From assembly GCF_009834535.1 (NCBI RefSeq), contig NC_045697.1:43216001-43280000 (forward strand): DNA of 64,000 nt, in the 5' to 3' direction. Source of the DNA: Camelus ferus (Eukaryota). Below, one piece after another: positions 1 through 11,879 of this stretch. Position 1 is the stretch's first letter; every line of letters starts with the position of its first letter. A program made the position numbers and the translations under genes. A model generated the notes under the pieces. That model worked only from the letters and a program-made list of their open reading frames with translations. It had not been told where the DNA came from and searched no databases.

Positions 1-584
1 TTCATCTTATGCATTTAGCATGCAATATCCTCTCCAAATAGATATAATCTATCGTTTTTACAATGTGTAATGATAGGCAGCATATTTTTTTTCCTAATGC
101 AAGGGAATGTAAAAAATAACTGTGCCAAGAATGAATTATTTGAATTTAACACACAAGCTGCAGCTGGTCACTAAAACCCATTTGTGACTTGTCAAAGGAA
201 TGTGTGGAATCACAGAATCATTTTCCCTGTTGTAGCTGCCTATTCGTGTGTGCAGAAATTGAACATTTCTGATTGGATTTATGAAAGAGAAAGACTTCAC
301 CAAGAAACTCCTTTTAGCACTCAAAATACAAAATAACAAATTTGAAAACCGTGATACTTGCATTTGGGCGTCACTTCTTCACACTTCAAACTGCTTCTGC
401 AGCAACATTAGCCTTATTTACAAGATGAGGATCCTGGTGTGCAGCAAACAACTCCCTCAAGATGGTTAGGCAGTCTGACACAGACCTCGGAAAATCAAGA
501 CACCAGCTTCTGTTTCTCCTGAAATGCAATGAGCACAATGTTTACAGACCCCGAATTTCTGTTTGAAGACTCATATACTGCATG

Positions 585-620
585 CCCGCCAGCCAGCCAG
601 CCAGCCACCAACCCAGCCCA
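585..620 (+). repeat. (CCAG)n-like short tandem repeat
   Basis: gcccgccagccagccagccagccaccaacccagccca seen directly. Confidence 0.8.
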
Positions 621-1137
621 GACCTAATGGCCATTCATTTCAGCTGCGATCATCTAGCCAGCCTTCGAGCCTGACGAGGCCCCTTGTCTACTTTTCTCCA
701 CTCCTGCCACGTTTGCTTATGCTTTATCCTGGGGATGCTAGAGGTCATGATATTATGCATATTGGCTCCACTAGGCATTCACGTTGTCTGACGTTGGCTG
801 TTACTCAACAATATTTTTATCTCTTATTAACTGCTGATGGGACTTGGAACAACTGAGTCAGCCTCATCACAGGTTGGACCCATGTGATTCTGCTGTACAG
901 CCAGGCTGAGGACAAACGTCTAACTCAGTTCCCCTTGTCAGCCATTCCAAGCCTGATCTACTTTCCTCACAATCCCAGTCCCACTCAGGGCTTCCCACAT
1001 CCAGGATTGTGTTTTACCCCCGTTAGAAATTCAAGTATTATCACATGGGTAAACAGAAGGATGATGGATGAATTGATAGTAAGAGTCTGGTAAATTTTAT
1101 CACTAAACACATGTTCAGTTATTGATTACTTTTACAA

Positions 1138-1465
1138 GCAGCCACAGATTAGCAGCTCACAGGTATATTATGTTTGGCTTTCAAAATACTGACCCAAATG
1201 ATATTTTTTTTTACATGTTTGAATTAATTGACAACATTTGAACATTGGGAGATTTCATATAAAATTTGCATTTCCAGCTTTTATTTAAGAAAAAGCATGA
1301 AAATTTAGTACTACTGAATTCACGTACCAGCATAACTATCATTAGCTGAAGCAGGGTAGGTGGTTCTGTTCAGCCAGGGTACACACACCCTTTGCTTTGC
1401 CATAGTCCTCTCTTTTCCCTATTGCCTCTTAAATATTTAGGCTGAGTGTCATTCATTATTCATCA
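1138..1465 (-). mobile_element. MER102-like hAT-Charlie MITE, degenerate
   Basis: 'tttgaattaattgacaacatttgaacattgggagatttcatataaaat...tttgccatagtcc...ccctattgcctctt' matches the reverse complement of remembered MER102 consensus and of the copy at 51000. Confidence 0.7.
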
Positions 1466-4134
1466 CCAAGCTTGTGCTTCTGTTTGTCTTTTAACTAGTA
1501 ACTTCACTTTTTAATTATCTGCATGATTCAGAATAGGATTTGATTTTGATCTGATGGGTATATTTTTGGAATAAAGTGTTAAGATGGAAGACTTGTATTC
1601 TTGTCTTACGTTGACACCGACTTTGTAATCAGCTTAGTGCTCTGATTTTTCTTGTCCAACTTACTCATCTTTAAAAGGAAGAAGTTAGATTATATCAATG
1701 GTTTTCAAACTTTAGGCTCAACCTCTTTGGTACTGTAAAACTAGTAACAGGCACCCCAGAGACTATTGCAATGATCCTCAAAACCTAGTGGAAATGCCAC
1801 ATTCCTAGGATGGCTTTTTATAGCAACTCAGAATTGTACTGGTTCCATATGGCTATTATCAATAAAAACAGGGACAAAAATAGCTTTTTAACAAATGTGG
1901 TTTTCCAGATTATTTTTTGAAACATAGAACCCAGAGAAGCCTTTGGTAGAGAAGTGTTTAGGACCATCTTTAACATTTATTCTTAATGGAATAAATTCTG
2001 GGTAAGCGTTGTTACCCTCTTCATTCTCATGCCTATATGGGGCAAATTGAAATAGTATTTAATTTTTCTCCTTCCTCACTGTTCGCCTTTCTAACCTTTT
2101 TGCTCTTAATTTTTTTCTCTATTGGTTAGTTCATAAGCAATTAGCATCTCCTCCTGTGCAAAGCATGAGAAATCAAATGAGATCTTTCATCTGGAGGCTC
2201 TTGAACGTTGCCAAGCTTAGTAAATGGAAGGTAGAATTATTACTACTATTTGTAGCCATCTCAGCACGGAGGGAGGGGATAAGTATGGCAAATCTTTTTA
2301 CTCTGAATGGTCATCTAGGCCTTATGTCACTGTAACTCTGATGTTCCAAGAAAAACTCTTGGGAGTGAATAACTGTAAGAATCCGCCAGGCAGCACTTCC
2401 CAGTCTCCATAGAGAGAATCTGTCAGAGCTGGCTGATGTGCACACACCAATATGGAAGGTGGGGTGGGAGAGAGCGCTTTAGTGTAACTGAAGTATCTCC
2501 TGAGTGAAGTTAAGCTGAATTCAACACACGGTTTTGGGAAAAAGGAGGAGGTGGCTGGGGGGCAGATTCAGCACTCCCTTTCCACCACCCGTCTCCCATA
2601 ACTCCTACACCAGGTCTGGTACTGTAAGGGTGAGGAGGGAGGGAGGTCTGTTCACCGCAAGACCCCGTGGGATTCTGCATCCTATAGGGCAGGAACTGCC
2701 TTTCTCTCCAGTTCTCAGGGCCGTTCTCTGCATAACATCTGATGACTACATAACCTTCTGATACTGCCCCTTCCTGATACTGGCTGGGTTTCTTGCCAGA
2801 GAGTCTGTTGGACTTACTTCAGATTGATGTCATACACTAATTAAGGAAACATTCCCTGAATCTGAACCTTGAGGCAAAAGCAGACACGACTCTTGCTAGA
2901 CCTTCCAGTGCGGCCAAGTGAAAACTGAAGCTCCCAGAATGGAACTTGCTGGGGAAGTGCGTGACGGAGACTCTCCAAGAGGCTCCATGGTGGGGCAGGC
3001 CAGCCCTGGAAGCGTGTCAAGTGCAAAAGTTACTTCCCTGATAGTCACCACTGGCAACGCTGAAGACAGGTGTCTCTGGCTCATCAGTCGATTCCATTTC
3101 TGACACTGAACAAATCTTCCTATGGGTTGTTAAGGATCCAGCTGATTTTTTATGAAAGCTAGAATAGGACGTGAAGTGAGTAAAAGCACAGATTTTTAAG
3201 CCAGTCCACAGACTCCTATTGAGAAACAAACTTTATGTGAGATGTGACCAGAGCTTGTTTCTTCATACAGTTTGCTCTGGAAGACAGAAATAGCTTTGGA
3301 GAATCTCATGAAATTTGTTTGTAAGCACAATTTTCGTTTACTGTGTTGTAAACGTGAATCCCCCACATCTGGAAATACTGCGTGCTGGATTTAACTCTGC
3401 TAATATTTGGGTGTGTGATCTTTTGCAGAGCATATTATATTTTGCCCACTAGATTTTATTTTATTACTCATTGGAAGCAGTTACCTGGTGTGCTGTGCTG
3501 AGATGGATTCTGAAGCTGTAACCAAGGCCGCATGAATGACTATAGCATCTATTAGCAATGCCTGTGGGTGAGCGTGTGTGTGCGCGTGTGTATGTGATGG
3601 AAGTATTGGCACATATGTTCCATCTTTTGACTAAATGGTCTAAAATTTCTTTTAATTCAAAATTTTGACTTTTTTTAAACTTGCTGTATCCCCTATGTAC
3701 AGTATAGGAGACTATTTAGAAATATCATTTGAAAAACGGATGTTAATTACCTGCCAAAAGCAAATGCTCCAGAAAGATAAAAAGAACAAAAAGCAGGGCA
3801 CGAAAACAGTTTTATTGGGAAACCTATACCAAACACATGTCTTTTATGATGCCCTCGTTTTCCGGCCCTGAAAAATCAAGAGATAAGCAGAACATTTCCA
3901 CCTGGAGAAAAGAAAACACAGTTACCGTCAAGAATACAGTTACCGTTTTCAATCAATAGTGCATCATTGCTAGCTGAGCACACACTCTCACTGAAAAGGA
4001 ATTCGTGAAAAATGTTATTCTGACAGTTTATTGATAAACACACAATATGGCTAGGATGGCAAATTCTGGGAAGATAATGATAAAAATAGCTAATATTTTT
4101 AACCACTTTACAAAATGCTGAACACTTTACACAA

Positions 4135-4465
4135 TGATGATGATGACAGTTCACATTTATTGAGCATTTACCACATGCCTGGCTCAGTTCCTAAAGCATT
4201 TCATGTATAACTCATTTCATAACTTTCAATGAGTTTTAATTTAATACCTTTAATGAACAAATGCATTATCTCATTTAATTATTATGACAATCATTGGAAA
4301 TAGGCATTATTTTTCATCCTAATTTTAGAGATAGGGAAGTGAAGAAACAAAAGGTCAGTTGGGCGCCTAACTGGGCACCCAGTTGGGTCACATGAAGGTA
4401 GATGATGTTGGCACTTGAACCCGGATAATCTCATCCAGACCCCAGGGTCCAAATCACCACACAGC
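4135..4465 (-). mobile_element. MIR SINE
   Basis: 'catttattgagcatttaccacatgcctggc...tctcatttaat...attttagagatagggaagtgaag...ggtcacatg...ttgaacccgg' is the MIR core in antisense. Confidence 0.85.
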
Positions 4466-5583
4466 AGTGTGGCACAGAGTAAAGTTCTAAAAGGAGCTGA
4501 ACAAATCTGAACTTTGAACCTGGGCAAAGCCCAAGTGCAAAGCAGGAGCCATCTGGGTGCTACACAGGGACCTTAGCTAACATGTTTTTTGCTTCCTCCA
4601 GGCTTCAAAGGAAAACTTCAAAGAGCTGCTCTTGGCTGTTAACTTACCCATTGTCAGACTCTCACAATTTGAAGATCTTCTTATATGATTGGGTGGTGAT
4701 TAACTATTTTAAACATCAAATGGAAGCTCAGACAGTTTGCCAATCTACTGTCATCAGGGAATAAAAATCATAACGTCATCCAGTTGTAATAAAAGTTTCG
4801 GTCCTGTGATGGCTCTTTTCTCTTGGGTTTGGTTTCCTTGTGTGCTGGGCATAAGCCCAGCTGCCAGCTGGTCTACCACATAGTGGGGCATGGTTCCCTA
4901 TGCCCTGACAAATCTTTTGCTTTTATCTCCTCCATTTTAAAAGGCTCTGCTACCATATATAATCTCTCTTCTCTCCTTCCAGAATCTTTTGCTGGGGACA
5001 GTACATATTGTTTGAAGACGATGGTGCAGCAGTGATTTCTGCTAGAGAAATGGAATTTATACCCTGCTCTGCTCCAAAAGTCACACACCACTCCAGCATT
5101 GAAAACAATGAGTTTATTAAAGTCATTTAATTGGTGCAATCTAATTTATTTCTCTCAAATGTGGAGCAGCCAGGCAGGCTGAAGAATAATGTCTTGGCTC
5201 TTCAGAGGTTCCCTTCATAAGACATGACTTAGAATCTTTAGTGGGCATTGAAGAAAAAAGGAAACCTGATGTGTATTTGGAGAGAAATATTAATAATAGT
5301 TTGATAAAAAGTAAGAAGAAACCTGCTTCTTTCTCTGTACATAATAAGCATGATTAATGGGACCTCATGGAATTGGAATTTTATAAAAGATTCCATTTGT
5401 AAATAGGTCTTCAGAAACTATTTACCTAATAGCTAGCAACAAAACAAGACAAAAACAAAAGCAAACAAACAAAAAACCTTAGTCTTTTACAATAAAATGT
5501 TCATATGAGCAGCTTCCAAATCAGATATTTAGCTCTTTGGGGATGCAATGTTGTCAGCTGAATCTCCCTGTAAAGTAAGAGGT

Positions 5584-6075
5584 TGAGTCAGTCAGGATCC
5601 CAGCAGAAAAGAGACGGCCCACTCAGATTGGATAATTCAATGTAAGTTTAATAAAAAGCATGTTTACAAAAGTGTGTAGGGTCTGGAAACCACAAGGAAT
5701 AATACTCTTCTCCAGGACACATATCCTGAGTGTGGACAATGCCTTGCACAACCTGGAAGGCAGGGGCAGGAGGTACTGACCAGAAGAAAGGGAGGGAGGC
5801 AGGGGAGGGAGGGAGGCGGGAGCGGGGGGGGGGGGGGGGGAATGTGAAGCCCAGTGTCTGGGGCTCTGGAGCTTTGGTCAAGGCCCACCCTCAGCAACCC
5901 CCCAGAGTGAGAACCAGGAGAACAAATGCCCCGGCCTCACTCTCTGCCCTTCCTCTGGCTGGCCGCAGGCGCGCTCCAGTGGGATGGCCCACCGCAGCTA
6001 AGCCTCCCACGGCTCAGAGCAGAGTGAGAACAGGCCTGAGGGAGCAAAGGGGAGCGAAGGGAAGTGACCGCCAAG
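5584..6075 (-). mobile_element. LTR33-like ERVL solo LTR
   Basis: 'agtcaggatcccagcagaaaagagacggcccactcagattggataatt...tttaataaaaagcatgtttacaaaagtgtgtaggg...gaaaccacaagg' resembles antisense LTR33. Confidence 0.65.
5790..5840 (+). repeat. G-rich tract ending in G17 (G-quadruplex-capable)
   Basis: gggagggaggcaggggagggagggaggcgggagc followed by 17 G (5824-5840). Confidence 0.85.
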
Positions 6076-6452
6076 GAGATTTTCCCCTGCACGCCTTTGC
6101 CTGAGGCAGGAGAAGGAGGGAAGGGAATGCTGAGCAAAGAGAAAGATAGAAAAAAAGCCAGCCCCATGCACTAGGGTCTCCTGCACCACAGTTTTATACA
6201 AGCCACCAGTCAGAGCTGGCCTCCAGAGAGCCCCCACCTCCCTCCTGAAGTCCTCACAACGTGTCTCTCTCGTGCCTCATTTCCCTTAGCTCTTGTCATA
6301 AATATCATGACCTCTTCCCCTCTAAGGAGTTATCTCTTGATACTTTAAAGTGCTAGACTTCTTGAAGCTACGTAACTTTTCAATAGGGCACGCTTGAGGA
6401 TGCAACATTTCCTAAAACTCAAAGAGAGATAACAATAAATCCAGGCATCCAA

Positions 6453-6545
6453 GGGGTAGAGCTCAGTGGTAGAGAGTGTGCTTAGCATGCACAAGGTCTT
6501 GGGTTCAATTCCCAGTGCCTCTACTTAAAAAATAAATAAATAAAT
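6453..6545 (+). mobile_element. Vic-1-type tRNA-Ala-derived camelid SINE
   Basis: ggggtagagctcagtggtagagagtgtgcttagcatgcacaaggtcttgggttcaattcccagtgcctc with an (AATA)n tail. TSD aataaat(c/a)caggcat at 6434-6448 and 6539-6553 (14/15 identical). Confidence 0.9.
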
Positions 6546-6779
6546 ACAGGCATTTATTACACACTCTGAAGATATTAGATACTTACCCATATACTGGGCT
6601 GATCAGAGCTGTAGAAAATATAAAAGGAAAGGAGGATGAAATATTTTTAAGGAGGTAACTCAAGTGGAATTGTAGGTGGTCAAGGTGCTTTTCTGCAGCA
6701 TTGCCTTTAAGTTACGTCATGAGTTCTTCCTGTTTTTCTTACTTCTTGGGCCTACCCCTCTGGTCCTTTCCTTTTTGAG

Positions 6780-6845
6780 TTCATTGTAAATCAATCAACA
6801 AGTATTTATCGTGAGTCTCCCATGTGTCAAGCACTGTTCTGGACC
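6780..6845 (-). mobile_element. L2 3' end fragment
   Basis: tcaatcaacaagtatttatcgtgagtctcccatgtgtcaagcactgttctgg. Confidence 0.7.
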
Positions 6846-7429
6846 CTCTAAAGCTATGACATGCTCAGAGAATTCAGAGAAACAGCCAATCTGTATGCAG
6901 ATTTCTGGACAACGATCTAAATTCAGTTTCCCTTGATATTCAAGATCTTTAAAGAGATCCCTGTTCTTTCCTTGTGGAGACTCAATTCACTACTCATTTT
7001 ATGTTTCACAACTTCATGCTCATAAATGGCAATTTAGACTTCCTATATTTTGCTTATTCTGTGTGGGTTACACTACACAGTCCCATTCACACAATGTACT
7101 CTTTCATGTCAAAATCATTGCCAGGAATCATTATCTAGATGGAAGAATGAAATTTGCCTTGATTTTGTTTGTCCTAGTATTAAAAGGATGGCAATAATGA
7201 CACAGAAAAGCAGCACAAACCTGGAACTCTAAAATAAGGGCTTTTGTTGGAAGAAAAAAGTTTAAGGGAAAAGGAAATGTATTAACCAACCAAATCAAAC
7301 AGGATGATTGGTTTCTTGTACACTGGGGAGACATCAAGGCCAGAGACAACGTGGGGTATCCTCGCTATAGCCATGTTATTCTGGCGGATGGGGATCAAAG
7401 ACGGGGCATCACAGACGCACTAACGACGG

Positions 7430-7640
7430 GCGTGAGCAAGAGTGGAGGTGCGCGACTACCTGCCAGGTCCAGGACTGAGGTGGAAGAGGAAGGTGTGCCT
7501 AGAAGGGAGGATTGGGTTCTGACCGCAGAGAACCTCAAATGTCTGCTAAGGAGTACGTGAGATACGGGAAAGCTCAGAAGGGTTTTGTTTCATTTATTGT
7601 TAACAGGGAAGTGAAGTGATCAGAGCCACAGTGATGCAGT
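7430..7640 (-). mobile_element. degenerate L2 fragment
   Basis: 'gaccgcagagaacctcaaatgtctgctaaggagt...gggaaagctcagaagggttttg...cagggaagtgaagtgatcaga' resembles antisense L2. Confidence 0.55.
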
Positions 7641-8309
7641 AATGGGAAGTTAGAAATAGCACGGTGACTGGGCAGATTGCAAAGACGCGAGTGAAATGGC
7701 GGAAAGCGGGATTCGATCTATGTAGGTCAAATGAAAGGAAGCTCAATAAGTAGAATAAGGAAATTCTAGTAATCATTTAAACAAACTTAAGAGAAGAGCA
7801 CTGCCGGGGATGGAATCTGCAAGCCATGTTTGCTTCAAGTTCTATGTCATCCCATTAACAAGGCTGGAGGAAGGCAAAAAGGGATAGTGTGTGCAAATCT
7901 AGAAGCTTATGAGAAAGAGAGAGAGAGGAGGTGTGCAATTTCACTGTCACTCTCACGGCCCCTCAGTCATCCTCTAGTCAAAGTTAGTAATCATTTACCT
8001 GCCCAACATCCCAAGTTTCAATAAAACTGAAGCATACATTACCTTTTTGATGTTGAAGAGAGGCCGACAGTCCATGTCAAGATTTGATCCAAAGTGCAAA
8101 GTGATGCTGATGAGAAACATAAAGGCCAAATTACTCCATCTCTCTGGTGTCACTGCCCAGCTCTTAAGCCCCTGTGATCCCCATCGTGCTGCTGCAAGTC
8201 ACAGCACTGAATCAGGGCTGCCAGACTGGAATGGTAGAGCAGACAGTGGGCTTCATTTCTGCAACAGACCTTATCTTTGAAGTACAGTCAAGAAATGATT
8301 CGCTTTCCA

Positions 8310-8433
8310 CTCACTGGAATGTCAACTCCATGAGAGAAGGGTATCGACCTGCTCTTGTCCACTGCCCTATGTCTGGTACATGGTAGGCAGCGAGTAAGCA
8401 TTTGATGGATAAATGATTGATTTAATGAATGAA
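8310..8433 (+). mobile_element. L2 3' end
   Basis: actggaatgtcaactccatgagagaagg...gtctggtacatggtaggc...aatgaatgaa. Confidence 0.8.
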
Positions 8434-8497
8434 ATCTAAATGATTCTTTATATAATTTACATTAAATAAGTATATATATATATAAAAATATTATATA

Positions 8498-8832
8498 CAG
8501 TTGACCCTTGAACAATGCAAGTTTGAACTACATCGGTCCACTTATGTGCAGATTTTTTTCAATAAATTCAGTATTTTTATTTCCATTTTACAGGTCTTTA
8601 AATTAACTAAGTATGGGGGAAAGTTTGTGCTGGATTAGAGAACACAGTATGTGGAATCAAAAGAACTAGGGTTTGAGTCCTGATTCTGTCCAAAATATTT
8701 CAGCTTCCTGCCCTTGGGTGAGTCATTTATCAGTTCCTTTGTTTTTGAGGCAGAGAGAGCAGCAGTGCATGGATTTTTCAACTGTGTGGGGGGTCAGCAA
8801 CCCTAACCTTTGTGTTATCCACAGGTCAACTG
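8498..8832 (+). mobile_element. Tigger2-derived MITE (Tigger2a-type, TcMar-Tigger), complete
   Basis: TIRs cagttgacccttgaacaa... and ...ttatccacaggtcaactg, with TA target duplications at 8496-8497 and 8833-8834. Confidence 0.9.
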
Positions 8833-9439
8833 TATTACACATCACACACACCATGGAAATTACTGTCACTAGAACTTAGCTCAAAAAAAGAAATTTAAAC
8901 CTCATTTTGAAAGCAGGTAACTATGTGAAAATTAGAATTGAGACCTGTGGACATTATGCTGTATGTACCCCTAAAAAAATGGCTAGTAGGGTCACGTTTT
9001 ATTATTAGTTTTTTAACTTTGAAATCATTAGATTTCATTGGTAACCTCATTTTGCTACCTGGCTCAAAGCCCCTGCCCTGGTAGCAGTTTTCATTGTAAA
9101 ACTTCAGTAGGAAGATTGAACAAAGAACAAACTGGGGACAATGAGAAGGGGATTCAGCAGGAAGAACTGAGCATGGTCACCTCAGTCTCTACCAAGTTGC
9201 CGAAACTGGGAAACCAAGAGTCCTGCCAGGTCCCTCTCACTTGCTCAGGCCACATGCAGACGGATACCAAAGCTTGGCGGTTCCCCAGTGATTTTCAAAG
9301 TATGCCTAGTGGGGTGAGAAGGTGGAGGGCAGGGGCGCCACCTGGACAGAACGACCCTGCCGTAGGGTCCCATGTAAGTGCAAGGTTTTGTCTGATAGAA
9401 AGAATTCCACTGTGATAGCAATTTGGGGGGAAACCTTAC

Positions 9440-9935
9440 CACTTATCTTCTGTGTCCATACCTCTTCCCCCATCCTACAGCCTTGGCCCCAGTCAGGCCT
9501 TCGTCACGTGCACTTGGATTATGACAAAGGCCCACGTGCTGTTGCCTGCCTGTGGTCTTCCTCCATCGTGTTCCTGCTCCATTCCTTTACCAGAAAATCA
9601 TTTGCTTCTTTCTGTCCTCAGATTTCTTCAATAGTTGCTTTTGGAAGCTGTGTAAAACACTAAATACCTTTGCATAGGCAGCAAAACCTCTAAAATCTCT
9701 TTTTTGTCTAAATGTCTGGCTCCTCTCCCACCGGTCACCCCTTCCCCATCACTGCTCCCACAGTAGTATTATTCTACGTATCATCTTGCTCGGTGGCCAC
9801 ACAGAACCCCATCTCTGTGCCTTTGTGCCTGCTGATCATTCTCTCTGGAATGCACGTCTTTGTGTGTTCCTACTCTTCTTTAAAATCCCCCTCAAGCACC
9901 ACTATCTCTGGGAAGCCTTTGGCACCATCCCAAGA
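9440..9935 (+). mobile_element. degenerate L2
   Basis: 'ccagtcaggccttcgtcacgtgcacttggattatgacaa...gtgcctttgtgcctgctg...tctggaatgcac...cctactcttctttaaaatcccc...ctctgggaagccttt'. Confidence 0.7.
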
Positions 9936-10549
9936 AAATCAAGAGACAGCTAAATTTTTGGAACCACATGGCAAATTATCTATTTTCAAGAATTCGAAGT
10001 TCTCACTTTCCTATTCTTTTACAGAAAAGTTCTCATCTTTCTCTTTCTCTCTCCCTCTCTCTCTCTCTTTTATTTTTTCACCCAGTGCTCTCAATGTATG
10101 CATTTTATGGTACTCAGCTTTGAGGAAAATGTAAGTATGATATAAGCCTGTGCCTTCAGGAATTTTCAGTCAAATTGTGGCACTAATTTATGGAATTTAT
10201 CAGGCATTTTCCAGGTGATATATTTACCCTTGTCACCAACCCACACCTCAGGAAGACCCGTGATACTACAGGCTGGGCGACTGGCCAGGCTGAGCTACTT
10301 GCCAAGTGACTCACTCTCTAGCGTTAGGTGCTTGGATGGGATACATGCTGTCTTATTTAACTGTCATGATTTTTACATAAGAAGAATATATAATTATTAT
10401 TGCATATCAAAGACTTTCCTTATTAAATGGAGGAATAGAAACTTTTGGTATTAAAACAATAAAATGTAAAATCTGTTCATACTGAGGTTTTAGAATGGTT
10501 AAGAAAAAAGTAAGGCAATGAAAACCAGTAGGATAGTGCATAAAACTGG

Positions 10550-11470
10550 GACGTTGACAGCTGCGGAGCTAGCGCTGCGTTTGTGATGCCTGCTCTCTGC
10601 AGGTTGCTAGCGTCTGCGGGGCGCTGCGCCTGCAGCTGTGCACCTGCTGCCGGAGGGAGATGTGAAATGAACAAAATAATCTAACCAACGCTAGTGGTTT
10701 TTTGACCCACTGCAGTTCACAGTTGTTAATGTTTTAATAAACAATTGTTATCTTGTTTATGCATTAGCATCTAGAAAAGTGCTGTCTGAAGCTAGATGTA
10801 AATGGACGTTAACACCTAGCCTCAGATCAATGCCTTCTGTCTAGTCATTGTTAAGTGTTTCTTAACTTGACCTTTTTTTGCAACTTATGAGAACTTCATT
10901 TTTTGGAGTCAAAGGCCTTCCTGATTCGGGCCCAGATCCAGAAAACTCTCGAACTGTCAGGATTTGTAGTGGATGTTGCGTAGAATTCACAGGGCGTGTG
11001 GTCTCCCGCGCAGTGCCACACAGCTTTGCTGCAGCTCGCTCCAGCCGTGCCTGTGGTTTCTCTCTGCCTTCGTCACTGGTTGGCACTGCTAAGCCCCTTT
11101 GTGGTGCACCTGGAGACGTAACTGTCCCGGGGCTCTGCCACTTGGCTGGCCACGCTCCTCCTCCTCTCCCAGTCCAGCTGCCCGCTCGAGCAGGGCCCAG
11201 GCCCGACTGCCCGGTTCTTCTCCTCCTTGTGGTTTAACCACCAAAAATGCACAAAAAAGAAAATGCACAAATTGTGACAGGAGGCTGGTGAGCTGAAGCT
11301 AACTTTTCTTACCATAGCGGTATCACGAGGCGCTTTGTTACTCACTGTTAATGTTGCCCTTTGTGACTAGAATGAGTATTTGCACCACTCTACACTGGTG
11401 CTAAACGCGGCGGACAATTTGCACAGTCTCCTAACTCCAGTTTAAAGAGACGTTGCTTCTTTATCCTTTA
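10550..11470. promoter_or_regulatory. CpG-enriched unique region with RUNX and E-box motif cluster (candidate enhancer or alternative promoter)
   Basis: About 34 CpG in about 900 bp by hand count. TGTGGT at 10997, 11052, 11100 and 11228. CAGCTG/CACCTG at 10558, 10633, 10641 and 11175. No recognisable repeat. Confidence 0.5.
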
Positions 11471-11879
11471 TTACTACCAGCCCAAATCTCTATGGGTAAG
11501 TGTCTCAAATTGTGAGAAGGGTGGAATATTTACTGCAAGACTGGTGAGATGTGGCATATTGGAGTCAATTTTTATTTGCCTCTTTATCATAAAGCTTCCC
11601 TTATTCCAGCAACAGACTCCGCTTTTTTATTTGGCTATGCACCTGTTTTTAGTCCATGTGGTGTGCGTGGGGTGCTACCTCAAGCTCCACAGGCTGGTGC
11701 CTGTGATCCCGCCCGAACTCAAAGCACCAGTTCTCCTGGTGATGGCGGCACATGATCTCAGCCCATGAAGTCAGAGTGCCTCTCAGGCCTCGCTGACTCA
11801 TTTGACTTGAACCTGAAAAAATATGAGGCAGGCAAAACTGCAGCTATCTTGTGATGATGTGGAACTAAAAGAATTCAAT

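Noticed and set aside
2896..3084. LINE-like peptide VTIREVTFALDTLPG
   Set aside because: Only a vague resemblance to the LINE ITxxEVxxAL motif, and the following K-A-P-G-x-D motif is missing.
11379..11420. REST/RE1 site or structured RNA hairpin
   Set aside because: Half-sites are mismatched and not in canonical orientation or spacing, and the stem is short.
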